Source of the DNA: Nitrososphaeraceae archaeon | GTDB taxonomy: Archaea > Thermoproteota > Nitrososphaeria > Nitrososphaerales > Nitrososphaeraceae | Direction: 5' to 3' | DNA length: 64,000 nt | Assembly (NCBI GenBank): GCA_044870765.1 | Contig: JBIOZG010000043.1 | Coordinates: 32,001-96,000 of the forward strand | In this document: positions 41,588 to 50,466 of the stretch, piece after piece | Position numbering within the stretch: the stretch's first letter is position 1 | Layout of the letters: every line of letters begins with the position of its first letter | Notes under the pieces: generated by a model | Told to the model about the DNA's origin: nothing | The model's input: the letters and a program-made list of their open reading frames with translations, nothing else | The model's database searches: none | Made by a program: the position numbers and the translations under genes

Positions 41588-41875
41588 TCAACCCCCGCTG
41601 ACTGGCGGCAAAAGCGCAATTTGATCCTTGGAAGAAATAATGGTATCTCCACTAGTAACCTTACAATTTACAGAAGTTACAAATTTGTTACTAAACGATT
41701 TTAGCTGCGGATACTTCTTTAATATTTCATCATTCAAGTGGTTTACTGTAATGCCAGTAGGTACAGTTATTGTTATTTCTCTTTCACCCACCAATTCTCT
41801 CAAAATTGCAAATAATTTGACTTTTATTTTGTCGTTACCTAAATTATCCGATCTCAATTTGAGCTTATCCACCAA
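41588..41875 (-). CDS. moaD: Molybdopterin synthase sulfur carrier
   Basis: VKLFAILRE, C-terminal LPPVSGG. Confidence 0.92.
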   Translation of the reverse strand: MVDKLKLRSDNLGNDKIKVKLFAILRELVGEREITITVPTGITVNHLNDEILKKYPQLKSFSNKFVTSVNCKVTSGDTIISSKDQIALLPPVSGG

Positions 41876-42875
41876 TTGTATGCATAAGGTTAAGTTTTGG
41901 CTTAAGGCCGTTAATTCTTATCAGACTCGCTATCCCTTCCTCTTTCATAGTCATACAGTGAATTAAGCAATGACCAAGCTCCTCATCTGATGCTCCTTTA
42001 CGCAGATAACTCTTGATATCGTAACCTGGGTTTTCAAATAGACAGGTAAGGAATCTTCCATCAGAAGTCAATCTTATCCTATCGCACTGGCTGCAGAAGG
42101 GCTCTGTTACAGAGGGAATAAATCCCACAGTCCCTATTCTATCTGAAAAAGAATAGAGTTTAGCAGGTGCTGACATCTCTCGTTCTGAGGCAGGAAAAAC
42201 TTTTCCAATATTGGATTCTAGTTTTTCGATCATTTCCATTTTACTAACAACGAGATCATTCCTCCATATCCCTGACCCATCTAGTGGCATAAACTCTATA
42301 AATCGGACAGTGATGCCTGTCCGTCTTGCAAAATTGGCAAATTCAACAACTTCATCATCATTCCAACCCCTGACGACAACTGTATTTATCTTTACATCAA
42401 ATCCAACATCTTTTGCCTTTTGGATAGATTTTACGACTTTGTCTAGCCCATTTACCCCCGTCATCATCTTAAATCTATCTTCTTTAAATGAATCTAGACT
42501 AATATTCACGCTGTCAAGGCCGCTGGATTTTAATGATTCTACTTTCTCTTGAAGTAGTAACCCATTGGTTGTTAGCCCGATGCTCTTAATGTTACCTATC
42601 TTTGCAATTGATTTGATTAGGTTTTCTATTGAAGGTCTGACCAGTGGTTCACCTCCTGTTATTCTTATTTTTTCAACCCCTAAATTAGCAAAAATAGATG
42701 AAAGTCTAGTCATCTCATCAAAAGAGAGAACTTCAGTAGTGTCAAGCCACTTTGTATTGTCCTTTGGCATGCAATAACCGCATTGCATATTGCACCTGTC
42801 TGTGACAGAGATTCTAAGCTTTTTTGCAATTCTACCATAATTATCTATTAATTTGCCTTTCATGGATCCTATCAT
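41865..42875 (-). CDS. moaA: GTP 3',8-cyclase (radical SAM)
   Basis: RISVTDRCNMQCGYC, TGGEPL, FIEFMP, CSQCDRIRLT...CL, IGG end. Confidence 0.95.
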   Translation of the reverse strand: MIGSMKGKLIDNYGRIAKKLRISVTDRCNMQCGYCMPKDNTKWLDTTEVLSFDEMTRLSSIFANLGVEKIRITGGEPLVRPSIENLIKSIAKIGNIKSIGLTTNGLLLQEKVESLKSSGLDSVNISLDSFKEDRFKMMTGVNGLDKVVKSIQKAKDVGFDVKINTVVVRGWNDDEVVEFANFARRTGITVRFIEFMPLDGSGIWRNDLVVSKMEMIEKLESNIGKVFPASEREMSAPAKLYSFSDRIGTVGFIPSVTEPFCSQCDRIRLTSDGRFLTCLFENPGYDIKSYLRKGASDEELGHCLIHCMTMKEEGIASLIRINGLKPKLNLMHTIGG

Positions 42876-42903
42876 TTGCTTGCATACCAGGTTATGATGG
42901 CCA

Positions 42904-43593
42904 TCAATTTTTCCTTGCCTGCTTTAACTGTTCGATGAAATGAAACTTCCAACCCTTTGGTAAATCTTTAACCTTGACGGCACGTTCCATTGTTTGAAGA
43001 TCATCCTTATTTACAGCGTATAATCTGACAATATCCTTTATCGTAACATTATTTTCATCTTTTTTGACAAGCTTGATTTCATCACCTTGTTCCAGCTCTC
43101 CTTCCTTCATTACCTTGAAGTAGACACCCGTAAGACCACTTGCCAGAAATTTTTTAATCATATCCATTCTTCCAAATTTTACTCCGAGTTTATAACATGG
43201 CATCCTAGGCTGAGTTGCGACAACTTTCGCTGTTCCAACCTGGAATTGATCTCCAATGTTAACCATTTCTTCAAACATTCCTTGTGTAGTAAAATTTTCA
43301 CCAAACATACCCCAAGGCAATGACATGCCAGGGAGTTCCTTATTCCAGTAACTATAATGTTCTGCTGCATACGCATAGATGGCCTTGTCAGCACCGCCAT
43401 GTACTGTTAAGTCGGCCTGCTTGTCTCCGTCGAGATTGAGTTTCCGTAATCTTACACGACCACTTACTGGTTCCTTAAAGATTCCAGTAGTTACAACTTC
43501 ACTCTGGAATTTCACTTGACGTGGAAGACCGACGTTTAGCGATAATAGCTTCAAAACACATAATTTATCCAGGCATCTTAAATAAACCTTCAA
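42904..43593 (-). CDS. MOSC-domain protein (YiiM-like)
   Basis: TGIFK, DKQADLTVHGGADKA, FGENF, QPRMPCYKL, 3-alpha tail. Confidence 0.9.
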   Translation of the reverse strand: MKVYLRCLDKLCVLKLLSLNVGLPRQVKFQSEVVTTGIFKEPVSGRVRLRKLNLDGDKQADLTVHGGADKAIYAYAAEHYSYWNKELPGMSLPWGMFGENFTTQGMFEEMVNIGDQFQVGTAKVVATQPRMPCYKLGVKFGRMDMIKKFLASGLTGVYFKVMKEGELEQGDEIKLVKKDENNVTIKDIVRLYAVNKDDLQTMERAVKVKDLPKGWKFHFIEQLKQARKN

Positions 43594-43658
43594 AGGCCAA
43601 ATTGCGACCCAGACTTTGGAGTTCTCAGACTTTTGAATGAGAAAACTTAATACTTTAT

Positions 43659-43877
43659 GTGGCGGATTGTCTATCTGTTGAATTGTTAACCCTAATTTGC
43701 CGTGAAACAGGATTGGATTGCGATTACGTGATTGAGGGTGAAACTGAAGAGGAGATATTGAGTAAAGGGGCAGACCATGCTATCATGGTACATGGTTTGA
43801 AAGCTGAAGAAATATTTCTTGAATACACTCCATGCAATTTCTTATGTCAGACTTTGAGCAAGTTAAGCAATCAATAG
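43659..43877 (+). CDS. DUF1059-like small metal-binding protein
   Basis: CRETGLDCDYVIEGETEEE...H...HG. Confidence 0.75.
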   Translation: MADCLSVELLTLICRETGLDCDYVIEGETEEEILSKGADHAIMVHGLKAEEIFLEYTPCNFLCQTLSKLSNQ

Positions 43878-43933
43878 ATCACATCGCAAAAAAAATTTAC
43901 ACTGAACTCATCTCTAAATTATCCATAAAGAAA

Positions 43934-43996
43934 AAAGCTAAATACTATGTAGTAGAACCCTAGTACATGCAGGGTTCTAATCCTGACGGTCAAATA
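43934..43996 (+). repeat. att-like repeat copy 2 (perfect inverted repeat)
   Basis: AAAGCTAAATA-N6-AG-TAGAACCCT-AGTACATGC-AGGGTTCTA-ATCCTGACGG. Confidence 0.9.
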
Positions 43997-44143
43997 TGTA
44001 AGACGATAAAAAACTTTTTGATGAATTAAGAATTAGCAATAATAGTATGACTGGAAGGTTACTGAGGTTATATCTAAAGACTAGCAGTGCGACAATTATT
44101 TAAAGTCTCTCAAATATGATTAGTTTCTATGTTGCTAATCTTC

Positions 44144-45316
44144 TCAATTAGAGAACAATGTTTTGGAAAAAGCAGCGAGCTTCTTTAAAGCATTAATTCT
44201 CTCCTGTCTTTGTATTTCTGCTCCTTCGATAGCGTCTAACAGATAACTAATCGACTTATCATACGTATTCCGAGCGACCGGATAAGGTACCCCATCTTTA
44301 CCACCGTGAGCGAAATTAAATTTCACAGGATCTTGCCATGAAGCTTTCATTCCAAAAATTATTTCACCTATGAGAGATAAAGCTCTAACGGAAGCAGGAC
44401 CGAAACCAGGTATGGAAATTAGTTGCTCATAGTTCCTAGGTTGAATATCATAAATTTTTCTAAATAAATTCCAATCTAATTTACGAGGCATTTCATAGTG
44501 TTCTTCACCATGGAAATCTTCAAAAAGGCTACCAGAAGTATCGCTTAAATTGCTCCTCGGCATCCAATGATCTAGCGTACTATTATTTTTCAACAAATGA
44601 TCTTTTTTTAGTACGAGCTTGTTAACAGAAGATTTTAGGTTCTCGGTATTGCCCGTTGCCAACTCAAGGGAAATTTTTTGATTTTCTTTTGAATTAATTG
44701 AAGACATGTTCAATGTCCTTAAATTCTTGTAATCGCTTATTATGCCTGCATGAGGCTCGCAAATGAAGCTTTTCACAAAATCCGACATCCAATGATACCT
44801 TCTTGCAGTCATGCTTTTGGGGTTCATGCCTTGTTGAACTACGGACCAATTGCCATTTTTATCAAAAAGAATCACATGGTGATATAATGAGTATCCGTCT
44901 TGTACTACCGCATTATCGACTTTTGCAGCCATCCTACTTGCGTACACTAAATTATCCATTTTGTCAGAAGATAGATTGTAATATTTTTCAGCCAATATTG
45001 GGATTTCATTTTTAGTTTGGTTAGATTTTTTGCCCTTGCCTCCTGCTATTGAAATACCGTGTTCTTCAATTGTAAGTGATTGTTTTAAAACGCCTGTTAC
45101 TACGGTTGTTACCCCTGAAGAATGCCAATCAAAACCCAGTACACAACCAAAAGCCTGAAACCACAATGGATCAGATAGTCTTCTTAAAAATTCATGGCCG
45201 CCGTATTCATTTACAATCACTTTTGCAATTGCGCCTGAAAGTTTGATCATCCTGTCGATAAGATAAGGAGGGACATGACCGCCATGCAGTGGTAGCTTAA
45301 TCGTTGCATGAGACAT
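44144..45316 (-). CDS. DUF763 family protein
   Basis: LPLHGG, RLSDPLWFQAFGCVLGFDWHSSG, AKVDNAVVQDGY, FAHGGKDGVPYPV. Confidence 0.88.
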   Translation of the reverse strand: MSHATIKLPLHGGHVPPYLIDRMIKLSGAIAKVIVNEYGGHEFLRRLSDPLWFQAFGCVLGFDWHSSGVTTVVTGVLKQSLTIEEHGISIAGGKGKKSNQTKNEIPILAEKYYNLSSDKMDNLVYASRMAAKVDNAVVQDGYSLYHHVILFDKNGNWSVVQQGMNPKSMTARRYHWMSDFVKSFICEPHAGIISDYKNLRTLNMSSINSKENQKISLELATGNTENLKSSVNKLVLKKDHLLKNNSTLDHWMPRSNLSDTSGSLFEDFHGEEHYEMPRKLDWNLFRKIYDIQPRNYEQLISIPGFGPASVRALSLIGEIIFGMKASWQDPVKFNFAHGGKDGVPYPVARNTYDKSISYLLDAIEGAEIQRQERINALKKLAAFSKTLFSN

Positions 45317-45592
45317 TAATTGTAATCATATAATTAAATCATAGATCACTTTATTAATTTACTCGAAAATTTAAGAAAAGGTATTGGCAAACATACAAAA
45401 TAAAGTTGACATTAAAAAATTGATATTAAAAAATTGCTTTACCTTATGAAAGTGCAAGAAAGGAATTGTAATCGTGGAAATAATCTTTTGATATCGTTTC
45501 TACAGGCTTTGGTTAATCATTTTATTTGTTCAATTACAAACTAAATCCATGTAATCTTTATAAAAAATATTGTCGTTTGTAAAGAAAGGAAA

Positions 45593-45868
45593 ATGGCTAG
45601 TAGCTTATTTAGGCTGGAATCAAACAAGTTCAGTACCGAGAATATTCAGGCTACTTTAGTATGTTCGAAATGTGACGAGGCATTCTCAAAGGAATTTCCA
45701 GTAGACCTAGAAGGACAGACAATTGAGTTTAAATGTCCTATATGTGGATCCCCCGGAGAGACTGACCTGCCCTATAAAAGTCCAGAAGAAAGAGAGAACC
45801 TTGACCTTGATTTTGATCAAGTAGAAGAGGAACAAGATAATAGTGAAGAATTCGAAGAAAGCTATTGA
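45593..45868 (+). CDS. Zinc-ribbon protein with acidic tail
   Basis: CSKC...CPICG; Glu/Asp-rich C-terminus. Confidence 0.7.
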   Translation: MASSLFRLESNKFSTENIQATLVCSKCDEAFSKEFPVDLEGQTIEFKCPICGSPGETDLPYKSPEERENLDLDFDQVEEEQDNSEEFEESY

Positions 45869-46056
45869 GGACTTAATTCTACATTCTCCGAATTCACATA
45901 AAGGAAAATTCATCATAATATTTTTAGGATTTTAATACAACCTACAACAAGCGTATCAGCTCTTTCTAGTCCCTAGAATCTAAGTTGTTACGATTGGAAA
46001 CGGTATAATGGCCAATAACAAACAACCGCTAGAACATGAAAGGTATATAGATTTTA

Positions 46057-46989
46057 TTGGCACATAGGAAAATGGATTTCAAATTGGGATACTTTTATTC
46101 ATTAATAGGTTTAGGATCTGGCCATATGTTTATCATTGTCATATCCACAGGATTACTAGCCCTGTCAATAACTTCAAATAATTATTTAATTAATTCAACC
46201 TGGGCTCAAACACAGATTTTTAGTAGTGCAGAATCCAATTCTGATCCTATTAGGAGCGATGTTAGTTTGGATAACGGCATATGTGATTTTAATTCCGAAA
46301 ATCCTTTTTCGTCCAACGCTCTTCTTGAAAAATTGAGGGATGATTTCTGCGATGAAGATATCAACTCAATTGAAAACGATGATGACGAAAACGATGATGA
46401 AATAAGAGATCGGATTAATGAAGCAGTAGATGACGAAGATGATCAAGGAAATGGAGAAAATGACAATTTATCAACACAAGACAGAATACAAAAGAGGTTG
46501 CAAGAACTAAAAGATAAATTAGAAAAGGTTTTGTCGGAAGAAGAAGAAGAGGATCAACCATTACCAGAAGAAGAACAGAAGCAAGTGGAAGAAGAAGATC
46601 AATTCGCTATTAAGGAACACAAAGCTGAAAACGATAATGACTGTAAAGGTGGAAATGTGCTTGAGGGTGCGTCAAATGAGGAAGATCTAAAAGTATTGTC
46701 GGAGTGTCAGGAAGCGGTAGGTGAAGTAGTTCACACGAAAAAAATGGACGATGGCGATTACAAATTTCTTTTAAACGTTGAGAATAAATACAAGTATCTT
46801 TTAAATGAAAAAAATGACGATAAAACCGACGGGTTCTTGGTGGTAGAAATCGTTCCACCAGATCAAGGTAAAAGCGGAATAATTCTTCCAAAGGAAGGTG
46901 ACCGGGTTCACATATGGGGAGCATGGGTTACAGACAAGCCAAAAGGATGGCATGAAATACATCCTACCTGGAAAGTAGTTAAACAGTAA
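46057..46989 (+). CDS. Exported acidic protein with C-terminal OB-fold-like domain
   Basis: TM/signal, Asp/Glu-rich linker, DGDY...VVEIVP...GAWVTD...WHEIHP. Confidence 0.65.
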   Translation: MAHRKMDFKLGYFYSLIGLGSGHMFIIVISTGLLALSITSNNYLINSTWAQTQIFSSAESNSDPIRSDVSLDNGICDFNSENPFSSNALLEKLRDDFCDEDINSIENDDDENDDEIRDRINEAVDDEDDQGNGENDNLSTQDRIQKRLQELKDKLEKVLSEEEEEDQPLPEEEQKQVEEEDQFAIKEHKAENDNDCKGGNVLEGASNEEDLKVLSECQEAVGEVVHTKKMDDGDYKFLLNVENKYKYLLNEKNDDKTDGFLVVEIVPPDQGKSGIILPKEGDRVHIWGAWVTDKPKGWHEIHPTWKVVKQ

Positions 46990-47066
46990 AATTTCATATT
47001 CTTTTCATTGAAAATTAAATTACGAATAAGATAGGAGCCAATTAGAAGGACATCTTGAGAAAGAAG

Positions 47067-47120
47067 AGCTAAATAGAAGTTAAGTAGAACCCTAGTATAT
47101 GCAGGATTCTAATCCCGAGG
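47067..47120 (+). repeat. att-like repeat copy 3
   Basis: AGCTAAATA-N7-AGTAGAACCCTAGTATATGCAGGATTCTAATCCCGAGG. Confidence 0.88.
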
Positions 47121-47344
47121 AATCGCAGAATTGTGGGAAACTTTAAAGCTTAGAAGTTTTATGCATCTAATCAGAATCCCTTTTTAGAACCGATAGCGTC
47201 GCGAGTACCGACGTCCGAAGACTTGACTTAAAGAGAAGTCAAATGTGGCATTGAAAAAATATTTATTTCCTTAATTGGAAACAAAGATGGACTAATCTTC
47301 TTGGCAGCCGATATCGTCGGAATTCCATTAGCGAGAACATAGGC

Positions 47345-47899
47345 TTGTCTATTCCTAACTTTAAATATTATGAATCAATACATTTTCTTATGACCATGAA
47401 AGTGAAAGTTGCAATTACTAGTACTGCAGTGGTAGTCTTAGTGGTATTAGCAACTGTAGTGATAACAGCATCAACATATGGGTTGACTGAACTGGTGTTC
47501 GCACAAGCAGTTCCAAAATTTGTGATAAACCTAACAGGCAGTGAAGAAGTACCGCCGGTTCAAACACAGGCATCAGGTGTAATCGAAATCAGCCTAATGC
47601 CCGATTCGGTGGGATATAGTATAAACGCTACTAATATTGACGGCGTTACAGCAGGACATGTACATCTTGGCAAAAAAGGCGAAAACGGACCTGTAGTGGT
47701 TACATTGTTCAAATATGATTCTCCTATGAATAAAGTATCGGAAAACGGTACAATTACGGCTGATAAACTTGAAGGACCTATGGCTGGCAAGCAATTATCT
47801 GACTATCTAGCTGCAGGTGCTAATGGTTCATTATATATCAATATTCATACAGAACGAAATCCCAATGGAGAAATTCGTGGACAAAGTGGAGCCAATTAG
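47345..47899 (+). CDS. Secreted CHRD-domain protein
   Basis: LTGSEEVPPV, AGHVHLG...NGPVV, YINIHT...PNGEIRGQ. Confidence 0.88.
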   Translation: MSIPNFKYYESIHFLMTMKVKVAITSTAVVVLVVLATVVITASTYGLTELVFAQAVPKFVINLTGSEEVPPVQTQASGVIEISLMPDSVGYSINATNIDGVTAGHVHLGKKGENGPVVVTLFKYDSPMNKVSENGTITADKLEGPMAGKQLSDYLAAGANGSLYINIHTERNPNGEIRGQSGAN

Positions 47900-48024
47900 C
47901 CCAAAAATAAAAACGATATTGACTGCCGCGGATTTAGGGAATAATTCAAAACCTCGTGGATTATAACGGTAATAAATACCAATTAATACCAACATATATA
48001 TGCCCTTATGCCTAGTATAATAAC

Positions 48025-48555
48025 ATGGCATCAAATAAAGAAGTAAAAAATACAGAAAAAATCAATATTGCTCTTGACGAAACAAAATCAAATGTTAAAA
48101 AGACAGCAGATGAAGCAGTAAAGGAAATTCCACGGTTTACTAAAGCCGTTAATGAATATCAAGAAGAGACCATTCAAGCAACAAAAGATATAGCAGATAA
48201 TTTTCTAGATTCACAAAAAGAGGTTATTCATTCAATGCAATCCTTATGGGTTCCGTACATTGAGAATGTGCAAAATTCATATTTGTCATATTGGGTTTCT
48301 CCACAAAGAGTCACTGAAAATTATGCAAGAGCAGTAAGCAATATTACAGACAGTACAATAGTCGCAACCAGATTAGCAAACAATTACATATTTGCATCTA
48401 TGGATGCATGGAAAAATTCAATACAGCACGCAAGAGACAACGCAAAAGAATTTTCACGGCTGAATGCTAATGTCGCAAATACATTCGAAAACGCTGCAAG
48501 AGACAATCTAAGAGACTTTTCAAGAGAAGTAGAAACACATTCAAGACGACAATAA
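48025..48555 (+). CDS. Alpha-helical hypothetical protein (phasin-like composition)
   Basis: Amphipathic helical pattern, no Gly or Cys. Confidence 0.6.
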   Translation: MASNKEVKNTEKINIALDETKSNVKKTADEAVKEIPRFTKAVNEYQEETIQATKDIADNFLDSQKEVIHSMQSLWVPYIENVQNSYLSYWVSPQRVTENYARAVSNITDSTIVATRLANNYIFASMDAWKNSIQHARDNAKEFSRLNANVANTFENAARDNLRDFSREVETHSRRQ

Positions 48556-48681
48556 GCGCAACATTGTGATAGATTATTAAAAATTAATCTATCCACTCTT
48601 AATTTTTTATAATAATAAAACCCAATATTCATCATTTTTCACAAACGTATATTTTTAAAGATATTCATAATACATGTATAA

Positions 48682-48840
48682 TTGCAACTTTACATTGGGT
48701 GTTCGGGCTGGAGTTATACTTCTTGGCAAGGTCCGTTCTATCCACCAAGTCTAGAAAATAGAGCCTGGTTGCCGATATCTTGGAAAAAAATCTGTTGCTT
48801 CAGCAAACTTATTTTTGAGAATCTTTACTGTACAATGTAA
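48682..48840 (+). pseudogene. Truncated DUF72 gene (N-terminal ~30 codons)
   Basis: Manual translation LQLYIGCSGWSYTSWQGPFYPPSLENRAWL matches the DUF72 N-terminal motif, then similarity stops. Confidence 0.75.
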
Positions 48841-49075
48841 ATGGGCGAGTCAAAGCCTAATAATACAAAAAACAGGACTAAGGAAGTAATTTATTGAGTT
48901 TTAGAAAATATGAAAAATTCAGCCACTGATATTTGTTCTGTTATTGAGACTAGAATGAATGAAATCATGGATAAGATAAGAGAAGCCGATTCTATTTTTG
49001 AAGTCGATCCATTAGATAGCGAATTAGACAAACTTTCCTTTAAGATATGATCTGCAAACTTTTCTATGGATTTTA

Positions 49076-49273
49076 TTAATCTTTCATCACTGAATGAGGA
49101 TAGGGAAATATCCTTATCTTGTCTGAAACGCCAACAGGCAGCCTATCATCGTCTATCTTCCCTATATTTTTGAATGGGTCATCTGCGAATACCCTTGCTG
49201 CAGAAGCACCAATCACAGCGCCAATAATCAGAACTATTGAAAGGACAAGTAACATCTTTGAATCTAAGTTCAT
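49076..49273 (-). CDS. Small secreted hypothetical peptide
   Basis: Signal-peptide-like N-terminus ending VFA; upstream TATAAA on the minus strand. Confidence 0.5.
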   Translation of the reverse strand: MNLDSKMLLVLSIVLIIGAVIGASAARVFADDPFKNIGKIDDDRLPVGVSDKIRIFPYPHSVMKD

Positions 49274-50341
49274 CTACTTCCTACAGAATGATTTGATTTA
49301 TATGAACTCGGATGGATAGATTCTAAATATTATTCAGAATAAAGTTTCTGCATTATTTTCAGTATGCCTGTGCTCAACAATATAGTAGAGACTACTTCAG
49401 ATTATTTACTATAAACGATCAAGCAGCTACTAAAATTATTTTTGCACGGATGCCAACCTAAGTTGTAGTAAGTTTAATTTATCAACTCTTATTTCTGGAA
49501 TTTCAACTTTGCCGATATACTCACCCGTAGTACACTTATAATATTCCAAAGTTAGAGGGTGACCACGTGGAGTTTTCATGTATATATTATATACATAAGG
49601 TTATTTATAAATTATGTATTAATTTTAAATCGAAGCCATACGGATTAGACTTCTATCTTATTTTCATTTAAAACTAATTTAATACCTACGGCCTCGCTCG
49701 GAGTCATTTTTAAGGTTTGATGTTCTCTAGAAAAGTTATAATGTATTTGTAAAAGCGGATACTAGACGAGAGAAATGAATTGACAGACGATTTACACTTG
49801 ATAAGACGTGCAGAGGATAATTACAGGCTTTATAACATTCATACTTTAACATAAAACTAAAGTAATTGTCCCGATATTCTAAATTCAGGATTAATAAAAT
49901 TGGTAAAAAACAAAAAACAAATAAAAATAATACACGAGTCCGCTGCAAATTATACGTTTTCGAACACTGGTTTTACAAATATTAAGAAAGAGGAAAATGC
50001 TGATACTGCAAATAAGACCACACCGAGTACAGAAAAGGAGATACCTAGGGCGCGGTCCATAGATTTGAGAAACTCAAAAATTCGACAGAAAAATAGGATA
50101 GGTGCCGAACAACTATAAACAAGGTCATTATTCAGTGTACGAATAATAAAGATTTATGACTCACAGTGATGTGAGAGGGTTTTTTCTATTGGACTTTTAT
50201 GACCATCTAAATTTCAAATATTTCATTATTTAGGTTAGCTCCAATACCGCTTGCTGCACCTTTCCAAACTACAAACCATCTGAATGATAACATACTAGTA
50301 CTCACTTTATTGGGAATATTCTGTTCTATTAATCATTGAGG

Positions 50342-50404
50342 AAAAGTAACTACCAACCAATAGAACCCTAACACATGCACGGTTCTAATCCCGACGAGCT
50401 CATA
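50342..50404 (+). repeat. att-like repeat copy 4
   Basis: TAGAACCCTAACACATGCACGGTTCTAATCCCGACGAGCTCATA; last 15 nt match tRNA-Lys CCCGACGGGCCCGTA at 12/15. Confidence 0.88.
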
Positions 50405-50466
50405 AAATCTGGATAATTGGATTATTAAAGGATAATTATAGTATCAGAGTCATTCTATTTGCATAT

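Noticed and set aside
49736-50118. Two overlapping ~70-aa ORFs
   Set aside because: Low complexity, TTG starts, no motifs; not supportable as genes.
35381-50404. att-like repeats read as a CRISPR array or as tRNA genes
   Set aside because: Spacing is kilobases with genes between, no cas genes are present, and there is no D arm, anticodon arm or 5' acceptor strand.
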